Shown: piece after piece, positions 1 to 9,625 of the stretch | Layout: every line of letters begins with the position of its first letter | Numbering within the stretch: the first letter of the stretch is position 1 | Assembly: GCA_958436475.1 (NCBI GenBank) | Contig: CAUBKG010000001.1 | Location: forward strand, 18,069-82,068 | Origin: an uncultured Clostridia bacterium | GTDB taxonomy: Bacteria; Bacillota; Clostridia; Oscillospirales; Acutalibacteraceae | DNA: 64,000 nt | Direction of reading: 5' to 3' | The notes under the pieces: model-generated | Seen by the model: only the letters and a program-made list of their open reading frames with translations | Told to the model about the DNA's origin: nothing | Databases searched by the model: none | Made by a program: the position numbers and the translations under genes

Positions 1-37
1 TCACCTTTTACTAAAAGCTATGAGGGACCGCCGGAAA

Positions 38-859
38 TTATGCGTCTTTTCTTCCGCCGCCAAGCTCCAGAGCCCGTTTCGTGCAGCTCTTCATGCCTTC
101 GGTCAGTGCATCGTAAAAATGCATGGATTCGAGCGTATCGAGAGCAGCTTCCGTCGTGCCCTTGGGGGACTTTACCATAGTGATGAGTTCATCCGGCGTT
201 TTGCCGGATTTCATGAGCATGTCGGCAGCGCCGCGCAGCGTCTGCGCAAAAAGCTCCAGCGCCGCATCGTACGCGATATGCTCCGAAACGGCGTAATCCA
301 CCACGGCTTTCGCCATCAGGAACACATAAGCAGGGCTCGAGCCATGCACGGCGATAACGGCGTCCATCTGTGCTTCTTCGATCTGGGCAACCATGCCGCT
401 GGAAGCAAAAATCTGCTTCACCGTTTCAAATTCCGATTCCGCTACCGGGCTTGCGGTGCATACGGCCACCGCCCCCTGCCCCAGAAGCAAAGGCGTATTC
501 GGCATGGTGCGAATGACTTTGCAGTCAAACCCGACCGTTTCCTTGATCTGAGCAATGGAAATGCCGGGCGCCACGCTCACGAGCACCGTTTCCGGGGAAA
601 GCGCGCCCTTGATTTCTTCCAAAACGGCGGGATAAACCTGAGGCTTTACCGTTAAGAAAACGATATTACAGCCGGAAGCCACCTCACAGGCGGTTTTCAC
701 CGTGTGGGCACCACATGTTGCGATTGCTTCCGCTTTTTCCGCCACGAGGTCATAGATATAGATTTTATCTGTGTTTATGTAAACTCCGGAGGAGATTCCT
801 CCCACAATAGCCGAGGCGATATTGCCGGCTCCGATGAAACCGATTTTCACGTCTTTCAA
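38..859 (-). CDS. proC: pyrroline-5-carboxylate reductase
   Basis: N-terminal Rossmann motif IGFIGAGNIASAIVGG and full-length similarity pattern of ProC family. Start codon is TTG with an AAGAGAGGG RBS 8 nt upstream. Confidence 0.88.
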   Translation of the reverse strand: MKDVKIGFIGAGNIASAIVGGISSGVYINTDKIYIYDLVAEKAEAIATCGAHTVKTACEVASGCNIVFLTVKPQVYPAVLEEIKGALSPETVLVSVAPGISIAQIKETVGFDCKVIRTMPNTPLLLGQGAVAVCTASPVAESEFETVKQIFASSGMVAQIEEAQMDAVIAVHGSSPAYVFLMAKAVVDYAVSEHIAYDAALELFAQTLRGAADMLMKSGKTPDELITMVKSPKGTTEAALDTLESMHFYDALTEGMKSCTKRALELGGGRKDA

Positions 860-1082
860 GAAAACAGCCCTCTCTTTTTAGCGTTGTGATAATAATATAA
901 TATATGAGCGGCCTGATTTCAAGGCTTTTTTCGCAGAAAGGGAAAAATTTTTCTAATTACGTCCATTGTTTTATGGAAACTTGTCGTTATATTATGTAAA
1001 CTTTATTATTTCAACCTCTAAGCCGGTTATGTACAGGCCGTTATGGAAACCGTTTTTTCTTTATACTCTTTTCCTTTTAAAC

Positions 1083-1135
1083 ATAGAAAAAAGCCCTTTT
1101 CTCTCCTTCTGAAAAAAGAAAGAAAAGGGCTCGGT
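1083..1135 (-). terminator. intrinsic terminator downstream of SCIFF maturase
   Basis: Hairpin GCCCTTTTCT..AGAAAAGGGC followed by a T-run on the minus strand. Confidence 0.5.
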
Positions 1136-1153
1136 TTCCTTGAACGCCCGGGG

Positions 1154-2530
1154 CTATTCCCCGCCGCCGGCCAGCGCGGCCTTTATCATAATGGCGCATT
1201 CCAGGCGCTTTTTCATCAGTTCGCATGCAAGCTTGTGCTGGCCAAGCACATCTCCCGCATACTGCTGGTTATTTGCATTACAGCCGCCGCTGCAGTAAAA
1301 GCGTGCCCAGCATTCCCGGCAGGCGGGCTTGCCGTAAATATTGGCCTTGGAGAAGCGCGTTTTCACGTCTTCCCGGAAGATGCCGTCCAGCACGCTGCCC
1401 ATTTTCCAATCGCTGTCCATACCGATAAACTGGTGGCAGGGGTAAATATCCCCTTCCGGCGTAATGGCCACATATTCGTTGCCGCAGCCGCAGCCGCGCA
1501 GGCGTTTGATCGCACAGGGGCCCTGATCCAGGTCGATCATGAAGTGGAAAAAGTTGATGCTGTCCCCCGCCTTTTTCTGTGTGAGGATATAATCCGCCAG
1601 CTTCTCATATTCCCTGTATACCGCCGGCAGATCGGCTTCCTGAATGGAATAATCGAGCTTCGGGTCGGAAACGACCGGCTCGATGGAGATCTGGTCGAAG
1701 CCGAGAGAGCGGATGTACTCCACGTCCTTTGTAAAATCCAGGTTATGAGTGGTGAAGGTGCCGCGCACGTAATAATCCTTGTTTCGGTCTCGCGCGGCAA
1801 TCAGCTTCTGATATTTCGGAATGATGGTATCGTGGCTGCCGGAACCGTCTTCAAACACGCGGAGACGGTCGTTTACTTCCCTTCTGCCGTCCAGCGACAA
1901 AACGACGTTGGACATTTCCCGGTTGATATATTCCATATTTTCTTCATTCAGCAGCACGCCGTTGGTCGTAATGGTGAAACGAAAATTTTTGTGATGGACA
2001 GGCTCGAGCGAACGGGCGTAATCCACCACGCCGCGCACCACGTCAAAATTCATGAGCGGCTCGCCGCCGAAAAAGTCCACTTCCAGATTGTGCCTCTTGC
2101 CGGAATGCTCAATGAGAAAATCTATCGCCTTTTTTCCCACTTCCAGAGGCATCAGCTTTCTGCCGTGGCCGAAATCCCCCTTCGAAGCAAAGCAGTATTC
2201 GCAGCGAAGGTTGCAGTCGTGCGCCACGTTGAGGCAGAGGGCCTTCACTGGAGATTCGACCCGCTGTTCTGCGTAAACGGCATAATCGTCGTCTCCTGCA
2301 TGGAGATGCCCTTTCCGGGTCAGCTCATAAAGCTCTGCATAGGCTTCCCGGATATCGGCTTCGCTGTATTTTCCGCCTAAGGCTTCCAGCGCTTGGGCCG
2401 GGCATTCGGGCGCCATACCGGCTCCGGTGTAATCCACCACATCGTAACACAGCTCGTCCAGCACGTGGACCGCGCCGCTGTTGATATCCAAAACAATATA
2501 ATATCCGTTTTGGGAAAACTTGTGTATCAT
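1154..2530 (-). CDS. scfB: SCIFF peptide radical SAM maturase (radical SAM/SPASM domain)
   Basis: CNLRCEYCFA CxxxCxxC radical SAM motif near the N-terminus; C-terminal SPASM-type Cys cluster (CxxCWARFYCSGGC). Lies immediately downstream of a SCIFF precursor peptide. GGAGG RBS. Confidence 0.85.
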   Translation of the reverse strand: MIHKFSQNGYYIVLDINSGAVHVLDELCYDVVDYTGAGMAPECPAQALEALGGKYSEADIREAYAELYELTRKGHLHAGDDDYAVYAEQRVESPVKALCLNVAHDCNLRCEYCFASKGDFGHGRKLMPLEVGKKAIDFLIEHSGKRHNLEVDFFGGEPLMNFDVVRGVVDYARSLEPVHHKNFRFTITTNGVLLNEENMEYINREMSNVVLSLDGRREVNDRLRVFEDGSGSHDTIIPKYQKLIAARDRNKDYYVRGTFTTHNLDFTKDVEYIRSLGFDQISIEPVVSDPKLDYSIQEADLPAVYREYEKLADYILTQKKAGDSINFFHFMIDLDQGPCAIKRLRGCGCGNEYVAITPEGDIYPCHQFIGMDSDWKMGSVLDGIFREDVKTRFSKANIYGKPACRECWARFYCSGGCNANNQQYAGDVLGQHKLACELMKKRLECAIMIKAALAGGGE

Positions 2531-2607
2531 GAAAAACCTCCGTTCGTAAAAATTCAGGGGACAACGTAACGCTGCCCCCTGAATGCGGTATTTTACAAAA
2601 TCCTATT

Positions 2608-2745
2608 TTACTTCTCGCACTTCTGATTGGCAACGGTACAGGAAGTTTTGCAGGCCGACTGGCAGGAAGCCTGGCACTCGCCGCAGCCGCCCTTGGAAGC
2701 ACTTTCTTTCAGGCACGGCTTGTTTATGGTTTTAATGTGTTTCAT
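2608..2745 (-). CDS. scfA: SCIFF ribosomal peptide precursor (six cysteines in forty-five residues), missed by the ORF track
   Basis: Hand-translated 45-aa ORF MKHIKTINKPCLKESASKGGCGECQASCQSACKTSCTVANQKCEK. It carries the hallmark GGCGECQxSCQSACKTSCTV core. GGAGAAGGGGG RBS lies about 10 nt upstream, and the gene is directly followed by the radical SAM maturase. Confidence 0.85.
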   Translation of the reverse strand: MKHIKTINKPCLKESASKGGCGECQASCQSACKTSCTVANQKCEK

Positions 2746-2810
2746 AGAGATGAAACCCCCTTCTCCTTAAAATACAAAAGAATTATAGCATTATTTTTAC
2801 AGTATTTCAA

Positions 2811-3218
2811 TCAAAATTTTTGCTTTTTCCGGATGTTTACCCCCATTACGCCGCCGATGGCCGCGCACAGGAGGATAATGGCCAGTCGGATGCCGGAAAC
2901 CGCCGTAAATCCCGTGCCGGTCACCGCCGCGCCCACGAGGGAAATCACCAGATACATGGCGAGCCCGGCGGCCGCGCCATAGAGCATCCCCTTTTGCGCG
3001 AAAAGCTTGGCGCAGAGAAGACCTGCCGTGAGAGCGCCAAACCCAGACGCCGCCATGGAAAAAATCAGGGAAAGATCGGTGGACATGCTCCCGCTGGACA
3101 GTATGAAGGCAAACAGCAGCATGAAGAAAAAGCACACGGCAAGCCCTGTAACGATGGAGATCAGTATCGGCTTCAAAAAGCCGAGGCCTGCTTTCTGTGC
3201 CTGTTTATTTTTTGCCAT
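2811..3218 (-). CDS. small polytopic membrane protein (about 4 TM); possibly the TIGR04086-type protein often seen next to SCIFF loci
   Basis: Strongly hydrophobic 135 aa; AGGAGGGG RBS; position adjacent to scfA. Family assignment is from memory only. Confidence 0.55.
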   Translation of the reverse strand: MAKNKQAQKAGLGFLKPILISIVTGLAVCFFFMLLFAFILSSGSMSTDLSLIFSMAASGFGALTAGLLCAKLFAQKGMLYGAAAGLAMYLVISLVGAAVTGTGFTAVSGIRLAIILLCAAIGGVMGVNIRKKQKF

Positions 3219-3266
3219 AACATCCCCTCCTCGAATCTATTAATATCTATTCGCGGAGGAATCGTT

Positions 3267-4613
3267 TTATGCCATGTCCCTATCCATCGGAAGCCGTTTT
3301 CCGAAAGAGCCGTACGCCTCTCTTTCCAGCCGCCAGATGTATTTGTCTTTTTTGAAGACGATGCAGGTCAGCACGCCTCCAACTGCTATGATAAAAAACA
3401 AAGCCGCGGCGCCCGCCCCCTTCCCTGTGCCGAATACCGCGGCCAGCAGCCCTTCTGACGGCTGAGCAGCCATAAACGGTTCGAATACCTGATCCACGAG
3501 TATCCCTCCGGCAAAGTATCCAAGCGGTATCGTAAAGAATTGCAGCGTGTTTCTCGCGGAATATACACGCCCCTGCATGGGAAGCGGGACAAACCTGCGA
3601 AGCAGCACATCCAGGTTTGCATTCATCACGGGAATGCTGATCCATCCGAGCACTGCGCCGATACACCAGACCGGAACAGACCGCCCAAAGGCGAGGAAAA
3701 AATTTTCTGTGCTCATGGAAAACAGGAGCGTGCTGCAAATGACGCGGACACGGCTTTTCGGCTCTGGAAGCGCCGATGCAACGACACTGCCCACAAGAAG
3801 AGCGACACCCGATACTGCGTTTACAATACCCAGTGCCTGCTCGCCGCCTCCGCTCCTGGAAAGCAGCATTGCCGGCAGCGCCGCTTCGTATATGGAGGCA
3901 ATGAAATTGATGGCGGCAAGAAAGAAAATCAAATCGAGGATCCCCCGGTTCCTTCTCAAATACCGCAGCCCGCTTCTCGCCGACTGCAAAACCGTTTCTT
4001 TGGCGCATTCGGCCGCTTGCTGAAGCTTTGGAATCTGTATAAAGAACAAAAGCGTTAGAAAAGCCGCTCCAAACGTGACCAAATCAAACGCTATCACCGC
4101 CTGGATTCCGAACAGAGCCATTGCAGTTGTAGCAAGCACCGGCGCCAGGATGCTCACGAGGGAGTTGGAAAAAGAACGCATGCCGCTTGCCCTCTGATAG
4201 TATTTTTCGGGGGTGAGAAGGCTGATGGTTACATCGGCGGCAGGCTGCTGAACGGTGTTCATTAACCCGTTCAAGGCGTTGAGGCAGTAAAGATGCCAAA
4301 CCTGCAGCTTTCCCGTTTGCAGGAGAACCAGCACGGCAACCGTGCAAAACGCCGCAAAGCTGTCTGCGGCGAGCATGGTGATCTTCTTGTTCCATTTATC
4401 GCTCAGCGCGCCGGCAAAAACGCTCATGACGACATACGGCGCATACGAACACACCGAAAGCAGCGCTGAAGTCAATGCAGAGCCGTGCGCTTCATACGAC
4501 CATACGATCAGCGCGAAGCTGGTCATTGCGCTGCCGAGCGCTGAAAACGACTGCGTCAGCAATAACAGAAAAAAGCTGCGCAGCTCCTGAAGGAATTGTT
4601 TGATTGCATTCAT
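3267..4613 (-). CDS. MFS transporter
   Basis: 12-TM-like hydrophobic profile and MFS signature regions. The track start at 4652 is TTG; the ATG at 4613 (MNAIKQF) has an AAGGAG RBS 9 nt upstream. Confidence 0.78.
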   Translation of the reverse strand: MNAIKQFLQELRSFFLLLLTQSFSALGSAMTSFALIVWSYEAHGSALTSALLSVCSYAPYVVMSVFAGALSDKWNKKITMLAADSFAAFCTVAVLVLLQTGKLQVWHLYCLNALNGLMNTVQQPAADVTISLLTPEKYYQRASGMRSFSNSLVSILAPVLATTAMALFGIQAVIAFDLVTFGAAFLTLLFFIQIPKLQQAAECAKETVLQSARSGLRYLRRNRGILDLIFFLAAINFIASIYEAALPAMLLSRSGGGEQALGIVNAVSGVALLVGSVVASALPEPKSRVRVICSTLLFSMSTENFFLAFGRSVPVWCIGAVLGWISIPVMNANLDVLLRRFVPLPMQGRVYSARNTLQFFTIPLGYFAGGILVDQVFEPFMAAQPSEGLLAAVFGTGKGAGAAALFFIIAVGGVLTCIVFKKDKYIWRLEREAYGSFGKRLPMDRDMA

Positions 4614-4939
4614 CTGACTTTGCTCCTTTTTTATTTTTGGCAAAAAGTGCAAAGTCTTTTCGGGCGAAACGTTGTTTCACTCCATGCGGATCGCCCGGAT
4701 CAGACCCTGCATGGAGAAGCTGCAATGCATAATTTCATAGTTTTCACCTCACTCAAAGAAAGGGACCCCCTTGGGGAGGGCCTTCGAAGGGCCGCCTAAA
4801 AAACGCCGCCCCACATTAAAGCCTTGGGCCGGGAAAAGTTTCCTTGCCCGGATTCGGCTGAAATGAGAGGCGGTTCCTTGGCCTTATATAAACCGTTAAA
4901 GTTCACCGGATTATTTCCGCTCGCATGACAAAAGCAGAA

Positions 4940-5269
4940 TCAATCCACCTCGTGAATCGTTTCATTGGTCTGGATCGCCCAGCGTTTGATCTTTACTTTA
5001 TTGCGGTCGCTTCCGGTTTCCAGAACGAGAGAATCTTCCTTGATCGAAACGACACGGCCGCATAAGCCGCTGATCGTTACGATTTCATCGCCCACCTGCA
5101 CATTGCGGCGCATTTTATCTTCTTCCTTCTGGCGCTTCTTCTGCGGACGAATCAGAACGAAATACATCAGCGCGATCGTAACAACGATCATGATGAGCAT
5201 CGGCCAGATGCTCTGCGTCGCATTAGGCTGCTGCCCGGCGGGTCCGGAATTGAGAAGCATTAAATCCAT
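4940..5269 (-). CDS. yajC: preprotein translocase subunit YajC
   Basis: Single TM followed by the conserved QKKRQKEexxmrxxLqvGDeVvTixGlxGrv motif. Confidence 0.85.
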   Translation of the reverse strand: MDLMLLNSGPAGQQPNATQSIWPMLIMIVVTIALMYFVLIRPQKKRQKEEDKMRRNVQVGDEIVTISGLCGRVVSIKEDSLVLETGSDRNKVKIKRWAIQTNETIHEVD

Positions 5270-5322
5270 TTATTTTGTACCTCCATACTTGTATTATTAT
5301 AATAGTAGCAAACTTTATGAGG

Positions 5323-5940
5323 TTAATCAACCTTTTTTGTGTCGCTTTTTCGCAGGGAAGCCAATTTATTTTGATATTCTTCATAATCATATAACGTGTT
5401 GAGCACCTGCACGAGAGAATTGGAAGACAGATGGGCGGGCAGGCCGAGGCTTTTCAGAAACGCCTCCCGCAGCTCCCGGCTGCCTTCTCCCCCAGAAAGG
5501 CCGTCTGTATACAAATCGGTTTTAGTAATAGGGCGGGTGCGTTCCGGGAGGTTCTCGCCTTCCTCCAGCGGTACGCCGGAACGCCGCAGTGCTTCCAGCA
5601 GGACCTCAGCCGGAACGCCTTCCACCCCAAGCTTCCCCTCTGCGGAGGGCTTTGCTTTCCGCTTTTCCTTGCCGAACATATCCGGAATATACGCTTCATA
5701 AACTTTCCCCTCCGGTACGCTTCCGCGCAGATAGGAACGGATGCGGAACCCGGCGGCGTCGCTGTCTGTCAAAATGACGATCCCGCGCTCCCGGGCGATT
5801 TTGCGGATCATTTGAAGCGTTGCACGGCTTTTGAAAATGCGGAAGCCGTCCGTTTCGATAATGAGGGTATCGAGCAGGCCGGAGAGCTTGATTTTATCGT
5901 ACTTCCCTTCCACGATCACAGCGGGTCTGATGCGGATCAT
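5323..5940 (-). CDS. Toprim-domain protein (DUF4093, RNase M5-like)
   Basis: N-terminal AVIVEGKYDK and ILTDSDAAG Toprim acidic motifs resembling RnmV. Confidence 0.65.
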   Translation of the reverse strand: MIRIRPAVIVEGKYDKIKLSGLLDTLIIETDGFRIFKSRATLQMIRKIARERGIVILTDSDAAGFRIRSYLRGSVPEGKVYEAYIPDMFGKEKRKAKPSAEGKLGVEGVPAEVLLEALRRSGVPLEEGENLPERTRPITKTDLYTDGLSGGEGSRELREAFLKSLGLPAHLSSNSLVQVLNTLYDYEEYQNKLASLRKSDTKKVD

Positions 5941-6986
5941 CGCTTTCCCCCCGATACGGCCAGAAGAAGCCCGGCCACTGTTTTTTCCAGCGCCGTATGG
6001 TTATCCACGGCGGAGGCCTTCAGCATGCCGTCGGCCTCGTCCAGCACATTCAGGCAGGTTTCAATCTGCGCGGCGGTAAGGGCTTTTGCATCTCTCGCGG
6101 CATTGCGCAGGCGGAACTCCCTGCCCCGGTATTGGTAATACTGCGCGGCGCTTTCGGCGGGCTGCCCCTCATCGAGGCACACCTTGGCGCGATAAATATC
6201 CGCGAACGCATTGCACAGCACGCCGAAGATGACGACCGGCTCGGCCTTTTGAAGGAACAACTCATCGAGCAGAGAGAAGGCGCGGGCGGAATCCTTCCGG
6301 AGAATTGCCTTTGCGATATCGAAAACGCTCGCATCCAGCGTGTGGGAAGCGACGGCGTCCACATCGTCCACGGTAATTTCTTCCCCCCGGCTATAAGCGC
6401 ACAGCTTTTCGATTTCAGACTGTAAAAGCTGGAGATCGTCTCCCGCAAGCTCCACGAGGCGGCCCGCCACGGCGGGAGGAAGCGTTTTCCCCCTCGCCTT
6501 TGCCGCGCCGACGAGGAGGCGGACGAGCGAGGCGGCGTCCTTTCTTGCAAACTCCGCCGCTCCGCCGCATTTTTTCACAAGCTCAAAAACGCTTTTTTGC
6601 TTCGCCGTTTTTTTGGAGCCGATCTGCACGGAATCGTACCAGAAGACCAAAGTCGTATACGCGGGCGGGTCTTGGAGATATGCTTTGAGTTTTTTCGTAT
6701 CGTCTGCCCGGAGGGCCTCCGGGTCGAGGTCGCAGACGAGCACGCACTTGCGCTCCGCCATCAGCGGAAAGGCCTCGCAGGTTTCCAGGATCAGATCCAA
6801 CTGGTCTTCCCTGCCGTTAAAACGAAAAAGGTTGAAATCGGTGGATTCCGCCGGAACCGATTTTTTTGCAATTTCCTCCGCATAGTGCTGGCAAAGAAAC
6901 GTTTCTTCCCCACTGAAGAAATAAGCAGGCAGGAATTCCCCCTGCTTGATTTGTTGTTTCAGTTCATTTTCTTTCAAAAGAGGCAT
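5937..6986 (-). CDS. holA: DNA polymerase III delta subunit
   Basis: Length and N-terminal pattern (LPAYFFSGEETFL), together with the conserved comEC-holA synteny seen in Firmicutes. Confidence 0.82.
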   Translation of the reverse strand: MPLLKENELKQQIKQGEFLPAYFFSGEETFLCQHYAEEIAKKSVPAESTDFNLFRFNGREDQLDLILETCEAFPLMAERKCVLVCDLDPEALRADDTKKLKAYLQDPPAYTTLVFWYDSVQIGSKKTAKQKSVFELVKKCGGAAEFARKDAASLVRLLVGAAKARGKTLPPAVAGRLVELAGDDLQLLQSEIEKLCAYSRGEEITVDDVDAVASHTLDASVFDIAKAILRKDSARAFSLLDELFLQKAEPVVIFGVLCNAFADIYRAKVCLDEGQPAESAAQYYQYRGREFRLRNAARDAKALTAAQIETCLNVLDEADGMLKASAVDNHTALEKTVAGLLLAVSGGKR

Positions 6987-7001
6987 GGCCTTGCTCCTTC
7001 G

Positions 7002-9233
7002 TTATTGTACCCAGGAGGCGTTTTGCAGCCGGAGCCGGGTCCCGTTTGTTTTCAGATATACTGTTTCCCCCGCCGGAAGAGTGGCCACTCCGCGCGCCGC
7101 AAGGCGCGAAGCAGTCATCTGCACATGGGAGGGCTCTGCGGAAACCACGCAGGTCGCGCACTGTGCAAGTGAGATATTTTCCGGTTCCACACCTGTGCAG
7201 AACACAGCATCCGCCTTCTGCTTTTCTTTGGGAAGCAGGGCGAGGTCCACGCCGGGCGGCGTAAAAAGCAGCACCGTATCGCCTACGGCCAGACGGACGA
7301 TCAGGCGCGTTTCATCGAGCGGAAAGGTTTCAAGCGTGCAGTCCTTCCAGAATTGGAGAGAAAGCGAGGCGGTCCATAATTCATTCTCCTGTGCACCGCG
7401 TTTTGCGGCACGCAGATATTTGCCTTCCTCCGGTGCCGCAACGATACGGACCGGGCAGCCTTGGAGCAGTTCTTCGGCTCCGGATGCATACAGATCGTTC
7501 ATCTGCGGGAACACGGCGGCGTCAAGCTCCGAAACGACATTTCTTTGGAGCTGCCGTTGCACGGCCAAGGCTGGAAGGCCATCGCCTCCGCAGCCGATAA
7601 CGATCGCCCTATCCGCTCTCGTAAGCACCGCGCTGTAGCCGTTTTCCTGCTGTAAGACGGCGATCTGCACATCTTTTGCGGAAGCAAGGTGAAAGGAGAG
7701 CGTCCCTACCGCCAAAAGTATGGCACAGAGCACGGCAGTGAATTTCAGCAGCCGGCCGCGGTGGTTCAAAAACAGAGCCAGGGCAAAAAGCAGGAGGGAA
7801 AGCCCCACCCACAGCCGGACATACAGCTGCCCGGCGGGAATGAAGGCATAAGGGATTCCGGCAAGGCAGCTGCAAACGGCAAGAATATACCGGCTTCCAA
7901 AGAAAATCAGCCATGAGAGCGGAGCAGCTAAAAGCTTCAGCCCTATTACACATAAGACTGCGGCCGCGGCGGTCAGGATAAAAATGAAAGTTACCACCGG
8001 AAGGATCAGCAGGTTCGTGAGTGGGGCAACCAGGGAAACCGCGCCGAACCGGAAAATCATAACCGGAAGGGTGAACAGGGATGCACACAGCGAGGTTGCA
8101 ACGATCATCATCCCGCCGCGGTAAAGCTTTGCCCCGTGCTTTTTCGGGCCCGGTGCGCGGCGCAAAAACCACCGGTACAGCGGTGCTGCACCCAGAATGA
8201 TGCCGAGCGTGGCGAGAAAGGAAAGCTGGAGGCTGATATCGGTTGCAGCGAAAGGATTGGCCGCCGTAATGCACAAAACAGCAAATCCGAGGGAATTCAG
8301 CGAATCTCGGTCTTTTCCGAGCATCTGGCCCAGCAGATACAAAATATACATAATCCCCGCGCGCAGAATGGAAGGAGAAAAACCCGCAACCGCGGCAAAG
8401 AAAAGGATGAGAAAAGAGGCCAGAAGATAAGACAGCTTCTTTCTGATGCGCAGGCGGGCAAACAGCCACAGCGCCGCGCCCAGCAGGATGGAAACATGCA
8501 TCCCCGAAGCCGCAAACACATGAGAAACGCCCGATTTGCGGACAAAATCTGCCGAATCGGCGGACAGGCCGGAATCATCCCCAATGAGGAGCCCGAGCGC
8601 TACCGCCGCTTCCTCTTCCGGGAGCAAACCGTTTATCGCATTCCGCACGAACTGGCGGGTTTTCACGGCGTAGTAATAAAGCGGCTTTGCGCCCATGAGA
8701 GGCTCCGCCGAAGCCTCACCCGTTACATAGGCGGAGAGATAAATCCCCTGGCTGCGGTAATACCGCTCCGATTCGCCCGACGAAAGCTCGCTCGGGCGGT
8801 AAAGGTAAACCTGGGCGCGGACCCGGTCAAAGCAGGCGGCATTCAGATTTTCCCTGGAGGAAAGGCGGATTTTCACTTCCTGCCTGCCGCCGCAGGAAAC
8901 GAAATCTGTTTTCACCAAGTAATAATACCGGCCGTTTGCCGCTTGTGGTTCCTCCACAACCGTTCCGGTAATTTCCGCATTTCTGCCTCCCATTTCCACC
9001 GCAGGCGCCACGAGCAGATAAGAAAACAGGCAAAAGCTGCAACACGCGATACACGCCGCGGCAAAGCAGGCCGGATAGATGCGCGCCTTCCGAAGTGGAA
9101 TAATGAGGATAGAGGCTAAAAATAAAAGCAAAAAAGCGGCCAGCAGGCACAAAACGATCTGGAGCCTCAGCGCCGAGACCGACGCCAAAACCAGTAAATA
9201 GGTGAACCCGATTACTGCAAAAGGCCGTTTCAT
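7002..9233 (-). CDS. comEC: DNA internalization competence protein ComEC/Rec2
   Basis: Polytopic membrane core plus a C-terminal metallo-beta-lactamase region. The track start at 9242 is TTG; the first ATG is at 9233. Confidence 0.85.
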   Translation of the reverse strand: MKRPFAVIGFTYLLVLASVSALRLQIVLCLLAAFLLLFLASILIIPLRKARIYPACFAAACIACCSFCLFSYLLVAPAVEMGGRNAEITGTVVEEPQAANGRYYYLVKTDFVSCGGRQEVKIRLSSRENLNAACFDRVRAQVYLYRPSELSSGESERYYRSQGIYLSAYVTGEASAEPLMGAKPLYYYAVKTRQFVRNAINGLLPEEEAAVALGLLIGDDSGLSADSADFVRKSGVSHVFAASGMHVSILLGAALWLFARLRIRKKLSYLLASFLILFFAAVAGFSPSILRAGIMYILYLLGQMLGKDRDSLNSLGFAVLCITAANPFAATDISLQLSFLATLGIILGAAPLYRWFLRRAPGPKKHGAKLYRGGMMIVATSLCASLFTLPVMIFRFGAVSLVAPLTNLLILPVVTFIFILTAAAAVLCVIGLKLLAAPLSWLIFFGSRYILAVCSCLAGIPYAFIPAGQLYVRLWVGLSLLLFALALFLNHRGRLLKFTAVLCAILLAVGTLSFHLASAKDVQIAVLQQENGYSAVLTRADRAIVIGCGGDGLPALAVQRQLQRNVVSELDAAVFPQMNDLYASGAEELLQGCPVRIVAAPEEGKYLRAAKRGAQENELWTASLSLQFWKDCTLETFPLDETRLIVRLAVGDTVLLFTPPGVDLALLPKEKQKADAVFCTGVEPENISLAQCATCVVSAEPSHVQMTASRLAARGVATLPAGETVYLKTNGTRLRLQNASWVQ

Positions 9234-9271
9234 GCCGCACAACCGCTTTCCTTGAGGATTCTTGGGTTCGA

Positions 9272-9610
9272 TCAGCCCATTTGGCCGGTCAGCTTTTTGC
9301 CGCCCAGCAGGTGAAAATGCAGGTGGCGCACGGACTGGCAGCCGTCCCGCCCGGAATTGGTCACGATGCGGAAGCCGTCTGTAAGCTTCAGCTCTTTTGA
9401 GAGCTTTGCCGCCACTTCGAAGATGTGCGCCGCAACGGCGCTGTTTTCCCCGGAAATATCCGCCGCAGAGGCGATATGTTCCTTCGGCACGATCAAAACG
9501 TGGACCGGCGCCTGCGGAGCGATATCCCGAAAAGCGTATACCAATTCGTCTTCATACACCTTGGCGGAGGGGATTTCCCCCGCGATGATCTTGCAGAAAA
9601 GGCAATCCAT
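9272..9610 (-). CDS. HIT family histidine-triad nucleotide hydrolase
   Basis: MDCLFCKIIAGEIP N-terminus and C-terminal HxHxHLL histidine triad (HLHFHLLGG). Confidence 0.88.
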   Translation of the reverse strand: MDCLFCKIIAGEIPSAKVYEDELVYAFRDIAPQAPVHVLIVPKEHIASAADISGENSAVAAHIFEVAAKLSKELKLTDGFRIVTNSGRDGCQSVRHLHFHLLGGKKLTGQMG

Positions 9611-9625
9611 ATGTTTTTTCTCCTC

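Noticed and set aside
4653-4939. Guanidine-I (ykkC) or other known riboswitch in the MFS leader
   Set aside because: No recognisable conserved cores of known riboswitch classes. Kept only as an unexplained structured region.
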